Counted from the stretch's first letter, positions 25,686-34,742 are shown. The stretch is DNA of 56,247 bases from a virus (IMGVR_UViG_3300049427_000022:1-56247); one strand, 5' to 3'. Numbers and translations: made by a program. The notes: generated by a model not told the origin, from the letters alone.

Positions 25686-27323
25686 TTACTGATCGTCTGT
25701 GCCTGCGCCAGCTGCGCCTGTATTCCCGAATTCACCGCCGAATCCGATAGCTGCCGCTGCTGCTGCCGCTGCTGCCTTCGATGCGTCGTCTTTCTGCTGC
25801 TTCATTTCGTCTAGCGCTGCTTTCGGGTCAGGAATGAACCATAGCAATTCGTATAAGTACGAATCAGGTACAATCCCGGCCAGCTGCGAGACAATTTGCG
25901 CGATTTCCAAGTAATTCTGCGGCATATTTCGGTTTAGCGTGAAGTCTACCCATTCAGCTTCGTACAGCTGTACGCTAGTCGGGGGGTTCATCTTCCCGGT
26001 AAGAATGTCGTATACATTTTCCGGGTCTACTTTGCCGTCATTTACAAGGCGGCGCCCATTAAGGAAGTCAGTAAGTACGGCTACCAGGCGCTTTACGGCC
26101 CCAGTGAAGTAAACTTCCTTCTTCCCGGCCTTAATATCTACGCCCGCATATTTCACCTTAATTTCTGTCGCCGTAACACCCGATAGTTCGGATAGTTTCG
26201 GAATAAACGCCTTTTCGTAAAGCGTATCCCGCAGCCTGTCCAGGTAATTTTCTACTGCCTGGTCGTCCTGGGGCGGTGCTATGAATTTCGCGTCACTTGT
26301 CCCGCTTTTTAGGGCGATAGCCCGCGCTTTTCGCATTGCCATTACTTCGCCTTCGGCTGCCGTCTTTGTATTACCCAGGGTCGCCCCAATAAATACCAAG
26401 AAGGCGTCTTGCAGACGGTCTACCAGGTTCGCCTTATCGCTTATGGCGTTCGCGTATTCGTCCACCAGGTCAATAATGCCCCCGGCCAGGTCGGATACGC
26501 CCGCCTGTTTCTTTCTTTCGATGTAAGTCGCCGGGGTTCCATTCAAAAAGACGGAAACAGGGATACGTGCGGCCATGTGTTCGAAGACTGCGGCTTGATT
26601 CTCACCGGGGGCTTCGTTCGGGTCTAACCCGTATTCCTCGCCGTCGTCACTTATCAGCCAAGTTACGAAGCGCTGGTCGTAAATTTCGACTTTCGTTATG
26701 GTCTTTGGTGTGTCTTCCCCATCCGTATAAATCTGGGTTTCATACGCCCGGATAACCAGCCGAAGCCTTTTACGTGGGTCGTATACTGGAATGATTTCCT
26801 GTATCGGGAATTCCTCATAGTCGATATTCCCGGATTCGTCCACCCAGCCCAGGCTGGCCGACTGCCCGCCGACGCTGCCCTGGGTAAGCATTTCGCGCAG
26901 TACCCGCTGGCCTTCTTCGTTTACTAAAAGTTCCAGCAGTTCCGTACGGAAGTTTTCCAGCAGTTTCGTTTTAGCTGTGTCGGGCTTGCCGCCGTCTTCT
27001 TTGTCTTCGAAAGCCCATACGATCGGCTTACCCAGCATATAATCCACAACGAAGTCGATAACCATCCCAGCCAGCGTTGCCTGTATCTTATGATTTATAT
27101 CGTCGCCCCTGGCTTTTTCTCGAATTTCGACACTTTCCAGGTATCCGTCGTACGCTTTTTGATATTTTTCTACTTTGTCTTCCTCTAGCTGCGTCTTATG
27201 GCTGGATATTACGCCTTTCAGCCAGGCGTTATTATCCGCTACCCATTGGGCCGCAGCTGCGCGGGCCGCTTCCAGGCTGTCGTATCCCGAAAGCAGCTTC
27301 GGTATATTCCCTACTACTGCCAT
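25686..27323 (-). CDS. Portal protein (SPP1 gp6-like)
   Basis: VDYMLGKP, SG...K..YA, F.LNRNMPQN; synteny. Confidence 0.9.
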   Translation of the reverse strand: MAVVGNIPKLLSGYDSLEAARAAAAQWVADNNAWLKGVISSHKTQLEEDKVEKYQKAYDGYLESVEIREKARGDDINHKIQATLAGMVIDFVVDYMLGKPIVWAFEDKEDGGKPDTAKTKLLENFRTELLELLVNEEGQRVLREMLTQGSVGGQSASLGWVDESGNIDYEEFPIQEIIPVYDPRKRLRLVIRAYETQIYTDGEDTPKTITKVEIYDQRFVTWLISDDGEEYGLDPNEAPGENQAAVFEHMAARIPVSVFLNGTPATYIERKKQAGVSDLAGGIIDLVDEYANAISDKANLVDRLQDAFLVFIGATLGNTKTAAEGEVMAMRKARAIALKSGTSDAKFIAPPQDDQAVENYLDRLRDTLYEKAFIPKLSELSGVTATEIKVKYAGVDIKAGKKEVYFTGAVKRLVAVLTDFLNGRRLVNDGKVDPENVYDILTGKMNPPTSVQLYEAEWVDFTLNRNMPQNYLEIAQIVSQLAGIVPDSYLYELLWFIPDPKAALDEMKQQKDDASKAAAAAAAAAIGFGGEFGNTGAAGAGTDDQ

Positions 27324-27353
27324 TTCATGCCCCCCCTTCCGTCATTTTTGAAT

Positions 27354-29048
27354 TTACCCGCCTATATCATCCCGATTGTAGGCCGAAGCTTTGCGGCCTT
27401 CCGGGTCTTTTATCATGTACGCGGCCCGTATCAGCAGAAAAAGCCCAATAGCTACGTCGTCATGTGGTACATGACCTTCGCGCCTGGGCTTTGCTGTATG
27501 AGGTACGTGGAAATTTATCTTTTGTTCTTTTTTCGCTACCCTTACCAGGTTTTCAAGCTGCCAGCGGGCTTCGTCATACAGGTCTGCTTGCTGCGGATTA
27601 TTGTCCGGGCGTCTCGGCATACGGAAAAGACCGCCTTTGACGTAAGAGTAAGCCAGGTAACCCAGCTTACTTTTATTTTCGTCGCCTGCGGCCTTGAATT
27701 TGTATGCTTCTATTTCCATTTCGGGCAGCTGTTCGATTAGCCAGTATATCAGCGCTTCGCCCAGCCCGGTAGCGTCGCCGCTGCCGCCTATACAACTCCA
27801 ATGTTTAAGAATTGTCTTTATCTGTAACCGCTGCTGCGTATGCCCTTTACCTACCCATTGATACCAGGCTACCGGGACTATAACGCCGTCCGGGAATAGT
27901 TCGCCTATGGTAAGTATCGTTGCATCGCGTTTATGGTTCCCGGCTTCTACTTCGTCGGCCAGTTCTGTAGGCTGTTCTTCCTGCCCGGCTACGTCTATCG
28001 AAAATATATAGCTGCTGCTGGGTTTCGGCCCTTGCCTGGTTTCGTACTGGCTGGTAAATATCCGGGTTATTTCTTCGTCATTAAAGTACTTACCTATCGT
28101 GTCTACGAAGGTAAGGCGGTACTGCGTCTGTACGGCGATATGATTTTCTCCCAGGCGCGCTACCAGGTTTTCGTAGAATTCCTTATAGTTCGCGTTCCCA
28201 GCTGCTATTACCCGGTCGGCGTCTATCTTAAAAACCAGCTTCGGCCTGTAGCCTAACTTCTTTTCCAGCCGGGTTTCCATATCGTAGGCCTGCTGCATCC
28301 CCTGATAAATAAAGCTTCCTTTCGTCCATGCGACGCCATAAAGTACGGTCGTCGCATTGTTGAAGCTTCCCATAGGCTGCGCGTCCCGGTTCCATTTGGC
28401 TTCGTCTATGTCCTGGGCTTCGTCACCTTCCAGCAACGTAAAGGCTGTCTGCGAAGCGACGTTAGCCGTAGGGTTGATAGAGAGGAACGCCCATTTATTC
28501 GAATCCCTGGGCTTGCCTATATGGAATTTATAGCCGTCGCTTTTCGTAAATGTGTGCTTCGTTAATATACTTCCTGCCAGGCCGCCCGCGTCCGGGGCGT
28601 CTGCCCCTTCCAATCTATCCATAGAAGCCTGTACCTGGGGCTTATGAACAGGGGCAAATTTAACGCCGCTTATCCGTTCGCCATGGAACCAGCCGTATAA
28701 TAAAAGAAAATGCTGTACGAAGGCGCTAATTTCGTTCTTCCCAGCCTGGCGGCTAATCATGACTACGATAAACCAGCCAAGGCCCATTAAGGCAGAATAT
28801 ATAATAGCGTCGGCGACTTCCAGCTGGTAGTCGTAGGGGTCATTCTTACGAAGAAGTCGCCAGGCTGTCCGTAAGTTTTCCCTTAAAAAGAGTTCTTCCA
28901 GGCTGTTTATCGTATTGTAGGGCAGCGCTTCGCGGGCTTCCTTTACCGTCTTAGGTACGCTTACTACGGAAGGCGCGCCGCTTATCGGGTCTACTTCTTC
29001 CAGGTAATCGTATTCCATTAGCTTATAAGCGCTACTGCCGTCCATCAT
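27354..29048 (-). CDS. terL: Terminase large subunit
   Basis: SRQAGKNE Walker A, GDEAQD Walker B, IDVAG, DATGLG, HDD nuclease motifs. Confidence 0.92.
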   Translation of the reverse strand: MMDGSSAYKLMEYDYLEEVDPISGAPSVVSVPKTVKEAREALPYNTINSLEELFLRENLRTAWRLLRKNDPYDYQLEVADAIIYSALMGLGWFIVVMISRQAGKNEISAFVQHFLLLYGWFHGERISGVKFAPVHKPQVQASMDRLEGADAPDAGGLAGSILTKHTFTKSDGYKFHIGKPRDSNKWAFLSINPTANVASQTAFTLLEGDEAQDIDEAKWNRDAQPMGSFNNATTVLYGVAWTKGSFIYQGMQQAYDMETRLEKKLGYRPKLVFKIDADRVIAAGNANYKEFYENLVARLGENHIAVQTQYRLTFVDTIGKYFNDEEITRIFTSQYETRQGPKPSSSYIFSIDVAGQEEQPTELADEVEAGNHKRDATILTIGELFPDGVIVPVAWYQWVGKGHTQQRLQIKTILKHWSCIGGSGDATGLGEALIYWLIEQLPEMEIEAYKFKAAGDENKSKLGYLAYSYVKGGLFRMPRRPDNNPQQADLYDEARWQLENLVRVAKKEQKINFHVPHTAKPRREGHVPHDDVAIGLFLLIRAAYMIKDPEGRKASAYNRDDIGG

Positions 29049-29164
29049 GGCCGCAGCCCTGCTAGCATAATAATAGCTTCGGGCTTTAAGTGCTTATACT
29101 GCTGCGGGCTTACGCCTTGCGCTTTAAGAATTTCGATAGCCTGGGATACTGTACCCTGCGCCAT
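29045..29164 (-). CDS. 39-aa ORF translationally coupled to terL
   Basis: Hand translation MAQGTVSQAIEILKAQGVSPQQYKHLKPEAIIMLAGLRP*; GGAAGGGG RBS; ATGA overlap. Confidence 0.55.
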   Translation of the reverse strand: MAQGTVSQAIEILKAQGVSPQQYKHLKPEAIIMLAGLRP

Positions 29165-29209
29165 AATACCGCCCCTTCCTGGAATGTAAAAAGCCGCCTA
29201 GCGGCGGCC

Positions 29210-29710
29210 TTATATATGTGTCCATATTTTTCTATTAATGATATCGGATACCGTAGGCTGCGTTATGCCGTATCGTGCGCCTAAGTCCTTCATTCGTACT
29301 TTGCCTGGCACATATTCGGCCCGTATTGCCCGTACGTCGGCTTCCGTAAGCTTTGTCATGGCCTTCGTAGCTTTTGTCTGGCTTTCCAGCTTACGCGCTC
29401 GTTTTATGGCCGCCAGTTGTTCGGGGTCTATTTTTTCGCCCTCTATATGGCCCCAAGTAGCCCCGTTAACAATATTTTCCACACTAGAAGACGAAATACC
29501 GTATATTTTTCCCAGTTCCTGGGCATTTTCGCCCCCCCGGTACTTTTTTCGGATTTCTAAAACCTGTATATAAGATAGTTTTGAGTTCTTGTGTTTTTCC
29601 CCCCGTGGGGTACTGGCCTGGTGGCTTTTTTTATAAAATTCCATATATTCTTCAAGTGAAGCGAATTCCCCAGTAAGTCCAGCATGACGTTTAGGCGTCT
29701 GTTCTTTCAT
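29210..29710 (-). CDS. Protein with two tandem HTH modules of the type found C-terminal in HNH endonucleases
   Basis: KL....V..IR..Y.......L...YGI....V..I......W.HI twice; no HNH core. Confidence 0.75.
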   Translation of the reverse strand: MKEQTPKRHAGLTGEFASLEEYMEFYKKSHQASTPRGEKHKNSKLSYIQVLEIRKKYRGGENAQELGKIYGISSSSVENIVNGATWGHIEGEKIDPEQLAAIKRARKLESQTKATKAMTKLTEADVRAIRAEYVPGKVRMKDLGARYGITQPTVSDIINRKIWTHI

Positions 29711-30197
29711 AATCAGCGCCCCTTACGTCTTTCCATATCTTAAAGGCTAGAATATCGCTTATTGTCTTAATATTGACGCCGTATTCATTCGCCAAATGAA
29801 GCTTTTTAGCCCCTTCTGCGAATCTCTGGCGTATAGCTTGTACTCTTAACTTATCTAGCTTTGCATTCGGGTGACTTGCAGGGCAGGCGGCAGCTTCGGC
29901 TTTCTTGGCTGCCTTGTATTCTTCAACGCTGCCATATTCGCCCATAGGGATATGCTGCCAGGATTTCCCGGTAACAATGCCCGCTATAGTGGAATTGCCT
30001 ACACCGTATTCCTTTGCTAGGTGCTTCGTCCCGACTAAGCCAGGTAGATACTTCTTTCGAATCTCTATTACCTGGGCTTCGGTAAGTACTGCCGTTCTGC
30101 TTTTTTCGCCTTGCTTGGCTTCTGATTGCTTTTTACGTGTCTGCTCCCTATGGGCTTCTACGTATTCTTCCAGGCTTCCGAATTGGCTGGGGTTCAT
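29691..30197 (-). CDS. Paralogous double-HTH protein
   Basis: Same module twice; GSLEEY motif shared with the neighbour. Confidence 0.75.
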   Translation of the reverse strand: MNPSQFGSLEEYVEAHREQTRKKQSEAKQGEKSRTAVLTEAQVIEIRKKYLPGLVGTKHLAKEYGVGNSTIAGIVTGKSWQHIPMGEYGSVEEYKAAKKAEAAACPASHPNAKLDKLRVQAIRQRFAEGAKKLHLANEYGVNIKTISDILAFKIWKDVRGADYERTDA

Positions 30198-30214
30198 GTG
30201 TCAACCTCCCTAAA

Positions 30215-30262
30215 CGTTATCTATAGATATCATTATACAATAAATGTTCTCTGTAGTAAACG
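30215..30262 (-). promoter_or_regulatory. SigA promoter with two repressor operators
   Basis: TTTACT(30255-60)-17-TATAAT(30232-37); CGTTATCTATAGATATCA and TGTTCTCTGTAGTAAACG. Confidence 0.7.
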
Positions 30263-30322
30263 GTGTAGTTACGGTAAACCCAGCTACATACAGTAGCTTA
30301 TTCTAATGAACCTTATTTATAA

Positions 30323-31255
30323 TTATTTCCCAGCTGTACTATCGCTGTTTTCTAGCGATTCTACAGGGTTTTGGCGCGCTTGCGCTTCACCGCCCCAGGA
30401 AATACTTACTTTGCCTTTTGAAGCTGCGCGAAGTTCCGCATTAACCTGGCCCAGCAGATCGTCGCCTTTATCTGGGTTAAGTCGGGCATGTTTTTCTATT
30501 AAACGGCCCAGGGTATTTAAGGCTCTATCCAGCGTTCGGTCTTCCAGGCTTCCCGCGTGATAGAAGCTACGCGCGCCTTCGCCTTCTGAATACCATACCC
30601 TCGATTCTGCGTCCGCGTACTTTTCGGCTTCTTCGTGCGTCCGATTCGCTACCCATCTTTCGATAGCTTCAAGGCGCTTATCGTGGCACATAGCGTTAAG
30701 GCAGTATCCAGGTTTACCTTCCAGTTCACCCTTCACAAAAGTTCGCCCACAGTCAGGATTAAGGCATTTATATTTAACGTATTTTTCGGATAGCTTGCGG
30801 TTGTAGAAGCTTTCCCACTTCTTACGCCAACGTACCAGGTAAACGCGTATCTTCGCTTTAAGCATGTAGATTTCATGCTGCAAGCCCATAGATTCGGTTA
30901 CCAGTTCTTCTTCGTACGCGGCCTGTTCTGCGGGGCTTAACGCTTCGCTGTAAAAGCCATGCTTTCGCGGGTTGTTGGCTACAACTGCTTTTCCTTCTTC
31001 CGTTTTCGGCCCGGTGCTGCTACCCCCGCAAAACTTACAGCGTCCGTATCCTGGGTGCTGCGTCCCGGCCCCTGCGGTCGATTTACAAAAGCCTGGCCCT
31101 TTTTTCTTCTTGGCCCCGCATGTTAAGACTTCCCGGCCCCGGACAATATCTACCCGGTTCTTTTGGTCGGCCTTCGCGTTTAGCTGGCTTTTCTTCGCCA
31201 TATCGTAGGCAGGGTCGGCAGCGACGGCAGGCGTAATATTTTTTTCGTCGGCCAT
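30323..31255 (-). CDS. terS: Terminase small subunit (HGGxSTG-like) with Zn-ribbon insertion
   Basis: Start refined to MADEK; CGAK...C...RCKFCGGSSTGPKT.EGK...KHGFYS; position upstream of terL. Confidence 0.75.
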   Translation of the reverse strand: MADEKNITPAVAADPAYDMAKKSQLNAKADQKNRVDIVRGREVLTCGAKKKKGPGFCKSTAGAGTQHPGYGRCKFCGGSSTGPKTEEGKAVVANNPRKHGFYSEALSPAEQAAYEEELVTESMGLQHEIYMLKAKIRVYLVRWRKKWESFYNRKLSEKYVKYKCLNPDCGRTFVKGELEGKPGYCLNAMCHDKRLEAIERWVANRTHEEAEKYADAESRVWYSEGEGARSFYHAGSLEDRTLDRALNTLGRLIEKHARLNPDKGDDLLGQVNAELRAASKGKVSISWGGEAQARQNPVESLENSDSTAGK

Positions 31256-31277
31256 TATCGCGCCCCCTTTTTTTAGT

Positions 31278-31309
31278 AGTAAAGACAACTTTACTTCTTT
31301 ACTTCTTGA
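31278..31309. repeat. TAAAG-N4-CTTTA site with phased 8-bp units
   Basis: AGTAAAGA CAACTTTA CTTCTTTA CTTCTTGA. Confidence 0.8.
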
Positions 31310-31321
31310 AGTTTGTTCCGT

Positions 31322-31439
31322 AAAACGAAAAGGGCGCGCCTTGGAAAGGCCCGCCCCCGCTATTTTGCCTTCCTTATGTCCTAGGACATAAGTTAAGCAG
31401 CTTACCATAACTATACTTTAAAAATGCGTAAAATGTCAA
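31322..31439 (-). promoter_or_regulatory. Late promoter and leader with palindrome and attenuator-like terminator
   Basis: TTGACA-18-TATAGT; perfect 20-bp palindrome 31373-31392; GC hairpin plus T tract ~31322-31356. Confidence 0.55.
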
Positions 31440-31876
31440 GCTTCGACTTTTACCGACTTAATCTTAGCTAATAGCAAGCCGTGCGCCGCTTGCAGGCCTT
31501 CCAGCCTGGCCTTTTCTTCGGCTGCTTTCCCGTTTATTTCCCGGTATAAAAATTCTTGGCCCTGTTCCAGCCCCCGGATAAATACCGGGCGACGTACATT
31601 AAGGATACGCAGCGCTTCCTTCTGTAGGATCGGCCTTATATAGTGAAACCGAACGCAGTAGAACGAAAATGACAATTCCTTACGCAGCTGCCCCAGCGCC
31701 TGGTCTAACATAATCTTATTCAAGCGCCCGCCGCTTACGCCGTCGGTCTGCTTCGGGCCGCTGTTCACTATTTTTACCTGGCCGTCGTCGATTTGGTCGC
31801 CTGCTTCCAGGCTGCCGTAGTTTTCCAGCCAGCGTATTACATTCTTCTTCGAGACATACCCTTCAATATGCGCCAT
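31436..31876 (-). CDS. Putative late transcription regulator (ArpU/Q-like position)
   Basis: Last gene before the late promoter; C-terminal region-4-like helices. Confidence 0.55.
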   Translation of the reverse strand: MAHIEGYVSKKNVIRWLENYGSLEAGDQIDDGQVKIVNSGPKQTDGVSGGRLNKIMLDQALGQLRKELSFSFYCVRFHYIRPILQKEALRILNVRRPVFIRGLEQGQEFLYREINGKAAEEKARLEGLQAAHGLLLAKIKSVKVEA

Positions 31877-31917
31877 TCCCCAGCCCCCATAAATTGCCAG
31901 TTCCCCGGCAAAGAAAT

Positions 31918-32154
31918 AAAGACTATATAATATATAAATATATAAATAATAAATAATAATAGTTATATATATATAGTTATTTAATAGTTAGTAAGTATAG
32001 TAATACTTACTGCTCTTTTCTTTTAATATTTTGATATAAGACTGCTGTAAATCTTAGGGGGGGTCATTTCGCAGCCCGGCCTTCGTTTGCCGACTACTAC
32101 ACTAAGAGTACCCCCCCTAAGAAACGCGACATTTATATATCATTTTTCGCAGCC
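31918..32154 (-). repeat. Origin-like element B; inverted homolog of 1660-1903
   Basis: 13-bp IR TCTTAGGGGGGGT(32052-64)/ACCCCCCCTAAGA(32110-22); minus strand AATAAC(TA)6ACTATTATTATTTATTATTTATATATTTATAT. Confidence 0.85.
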
Positions 32155-32156
32155 TA

Positions 32157-32753
32157 TTATTCGGGCCATTCCTCCCTAGCAGCCTGTTCGCAGCTTCCAG
32201 GGCAGCAGTTCGGGCAGCCTGGCGCTTCTGATTCGGCCGGGCCTACTTCATAGGGTATATGTTGCGCCCCGCGTCCTTTAATGTTAAAGGCATAATCCTC
32301 CTGGCAGTTATGAGGTATCGTGTTAAAAATCAGTTCGTCGCAGGCTGGGCATAATGTAGGCGCTGGCCCTAGCAGGGGTTTTATGCCGGATTCCTGCTGC
32401 CATTCCACTCTACCCGAAGGCTGGTGGCAGAAGCTACACATAAACCAGGCGGCCGTCGTTTCGTGTATAGTGCGGTTCGTAAAATTAAAGACGTTAACCT
32501 GGCTACACTTCGGGCATTTCGCCCCGACGCTTAGCAGAGTTTCACTTTCCATGCTTGCCTGCTTTGCAGCCAGGGCTGCCGTCTGCTTACGGGTTGTTTG
32601 CCCGATAATGTCGGCGGCTTCAATTATCTGAATAAAAAGCGCGTTACAATCGCCCATTACGGCTATTTCGTCGCCTTCCTGGTAAATAACCAGGGCCTGC
32701 GTCGTTTCTACTTCGCGGGTCGTACCGTCGTCCCTTACTAGCGTTACCTTCAT
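32157..32753 (-). CDS. Cys-rich hypothetical protein (several CxxC)
   Basis: Start refined to MKVTL; CPKC, CSFC, CPAC, CPNC. Confidence 0.65.
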   Translation of the reverse strand: MKVTLVRDDGTTREVETTQALVIYQEGDEIAVMGDCNALFIQIIEAADIIGQTTRKQTAALAAKQASMESETLLSVGAKCPKCSQVNVFNFTNRTIHETTAAWFMCSFCHQPSGRVEWQQESGIKPLLGPAPTLCPACDELIFNTIPHNCQEDYAFNIKGRGAQHIPYEVGPAESEAPGCPNCCPGSCEQAAREEWPE

Positions 32754-32863
32754 TTGTGGCCCCTCCAATCCGTTCTATAAATGAATTTTGTTATGATTCC
32801 GTCTTTATAATTCGCGATTAGCGCCCAATCGTCGCCCGAAGCAATTACGTGCGTTGCCCTCAT
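32750..32863 (-). CDS. 37-aa ORF
   Basis: Hand translation MRATHVIASGDDWALIANYKDGIITKFIYRTDWRGHK*; ATGA overlaps at both ends. Confidence 0.5.
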   Translation of the reverse strand: MRATHVIASGDDWALIANYKDGIITKFIYRTDWRGHK

Positions 32864-33060
32864 ACTTCCGCGCCCCCTCTTATCCAGTCGTAAGCTTCCC
32901 GCCAGGTTCGAAAGTCTGGCGGGTTCGCCGCGTCCAGGTTATCGCCGTAAGCCTTTATCGGCCAGCCGCCCCAGCGGTCGTACTTCCGAAAGCGTATGCC
33001 GACTTTATTACCAATAGTGCGGGCCGCTATTTCGTTGCTTCGCTCTTTTAATCCCCGCAT
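32860..33060 (-). CDS. Hypothetical protein
   Basis: RBS and operon coupling. Confidence 0.6.
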   Translation of the reverse strand: MRGLKERSNEIAARTIGNKVGIRFRKYDRWGGWPIKAYGDNLDAANPPDFRTWREAYDWIRGGAEV

Positions 33061-33071
33061 GGCGGCCCCCT

Positions 33072-33117
33072 TAAAGTAGTAAAGTATACTTTATAACATA
33101 CTATCTTTATGTCTTTA
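33072..33117. repeat. TAAAG-N4-CTTTA site with phased units
   Basis: TAAAG(33072) TAAAG-TATA-CTTTA(33080-93) CTTTA(33105) CTTTA(33113). Confidence 0.75.
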
Positions 33118-33331
33118 TGTGTTTGTACCAGGCCTTAATTACCACGCCGTTACTGGTTTCTATGTGGTAAACCTTCGCCGGGCGCGACCTAACGTACTTT
33201 GATGATATTTTGATTACCCGCCCTTCCCAAGGCTGGGGGGGAAGCGTTTCGCCGTCCTCTACTATGGCTTCGGTTACAGTAACAAGCGCCCCGATTTTGT
33301 ACCCGCGCGGGTTATTTTGGTATACCCTCAT
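33107..33331 (-). CDS. Hypothetical SH3-like protein
   Basis: Start refined to MRVYQ; YKIG..V.V...GRVIK. Confidence 0.55.
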   Translation of the reverse strand: MRVYQNNPRGYKIGALVTVTEAIVEDGETLPPQPWEGRVIKISSKYVRSRPAKVYHIETSNGVVIKAWYKHIKT

Positions 33332-33519
33332 AGCTTCGCCTTCCCTTCGTCGGTTATCGCTAGGTACGGCTGCTGGCAGTCGCCTACTTTTCGCTGCTCG
33401 TCCTGCAAGTACCCGGATTTGTGTAGCTTCCCTAGCCATTTATCAATTTGTCCCGGCCCCAGTCCCCCGGATTCCTGGGCAACGAATAGCAGCGCCTTTA
33501 ATATCCGGGCTTCATTCAT
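33328..33519 (-). CDS. Small winged-helix-like protein
   Basis: L.KL..SGYL...ITDEGK. Confidence 0.55.
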   Translation of the reverse strand: MNEARILKALLFVAQESGGLGPGQIDKWLGKLHKSGYLQDEQRKVGDCQQPYLAITDEGKAKL

Positions 33520-33725
33520 TCGAAGGGCGCCGTAGCTTTTACGATTTCCATAGCCTGGGCTTCGGTAAAGCCTTCCGCTACCAGCGCCAGATACTTCGCC
33601 CGGCGAATTTTCGCATGGCTGGCGGCAATTTGTATTTGATAAGGAAGGGCTTCCAGCATCATATCGACGGCCAGGGCCATTTCTACGGGCGTAACGCGCC
33701 CGGTCGGCTGGTCTTGTTTACTCAT
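33516..33725 (-). CDS. Hypothetical phage protein
   Basis: Y.ALVAEGFTEAQAMEIV motif. Confidence 0.65.
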   Translation of the reverse strand: MSKQDQPTGRVTPVEMALAVDMMLEALPYQIQIAASHAKIRRAKYLALVAEGFTEAQAMEIVKATAPFE

Positions 33726-33745
33726 TTATACGATTCCTCCTAGGA

Positions 33746-34009
33746 CTAACATAAAAGTTTTTTAATTTCCCGCCGTTTCGTAGCGTTAAATATCTCAATA
33801 CATCCGTGGTCGCCGTTCTTATTCAGTCGTACCCAGGTATCCATATGAAGCTGGTTTTGTTCCTTATAATACTTTAGTGTGTCGTCTTTCCCTTCGAATG
33901 GCAGCTGTGAAACCCGGTTATAATCCAGCTTGTTACTTAGCATGGTTTGTTCGAGAAGGTGCATATATCCCAGTAAATCGGTACGCTGAATTTCAACAAA
34001 ATCGGTCAT
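33746..34009 (-). CDS. Hypothetical protein
   Basis: Operon coupling, RBS. Confidence 0.6.
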   Translation of the reverse strand: MTDFVEIQRTDLLGYMHLLEQTMLSNKLDYNRVSQLPFEGKDDTLKYYKEQNQLHMDTWVRLNKNGDHGCIEIFNATKRREIKKLLC

Positions 34010-34266
34010 TAGCCCTCCCCTGGGGCGACTAGAGCCCCTTCTTTTATGATAAAATGCTGCTGGCCTTCAGGCGCTGGTATTTCCCATAAGGAGAACATAT
34101 CCAGCAGTGCGTCTTCGGCGTTTTCTGCCCTGCCTTCCAGCAGTCGCCGCTTTACTTCGGCTATTACGTCTTCTACACGTACTACGATTTCGTCGGCCAG
34201 CTTTATAGCGTTCGTAGCTATCCAGGCCTGCCTGTGTATTTCGCTAGGTTTCGGCCAGCCTTTCAT
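34009..34266 (-). CDS. Hypothetical protein
   Basis: Operon coupling, RBS. Confidence 0.6.
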   Translation of the reverse strand: MKGWPKPSEIHRQAWIATNAIKLADEIVVRVEDVIAEVKRRLLEGRAENAEDALLDMFSLWEIPAPEGQQHFIIKEGALVAPGEG

Positions 34267-34268
34267 GG

Positions 34269-34742
34269 TTAGCCCCCCGCCTGGTCGCTGGCATATCTTA
34301 CGTGCATAAGTCCCGGAAGCATAAGCGGGGGCTGCTGGTGTAGCTTGTCCAGGTAGTAGCTTTCCATTTCTTCGGCCCTGCGTTCCAGCCCGATAAGCGC
34401 CCAGCTTATCGCTTCTATGGCCTGTTCTTCGGCCAGTACATTACCTGCTATGTCCCTGGTAAGCGGCCAAAAATGAATGTGAAGAAGTTCATGTACTAGC
34501 GTCTGTTCCATATTGTAAGGCAGGACGTTCGTAGGGTCGTAGTCGCCGGGTTCCATTATGCGAATACGCGCCAGGCGCTTATCTTCGTAAACATTAATAC
34601 GGGCGGCTGCGTCGCCTAGGTTAAAGCCCCGGTCAAACATAATTACAATTGTCCAGTCTAGCAGGCCTAGGCGGCCCTGCCAGTATCGCAGACGGTCTTC
34701 TAACTGCGCCATATCGTAAATAACGGTTTTCATAATAATCAT
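34269..34742 (-). CDS. Putative zinc metallopeptidase
   Basis: EQTLVHELLHIH...EE. Confidence 0.65.
   Translation of the reverse strand: MIIMKTVIYDMAQLEDRLRYWQGRLGLLDWTIVIMFDRGFNLGDAAARINVYEDKRLARIRIMEPGDYDPTNVLPYNMEQTLVHELLHIHFWPLTRDIAGNVLAEEQAIEAISWALIGLERRAEEMESYYLDKLHQQPPLMLPGLMHVRYASDQAGG

Noticed and set aside
29210-30197. Active HNH homing endonucleases or intron
   Set aside because: No HNH catalytic residues; terS and terL are uninterrupted
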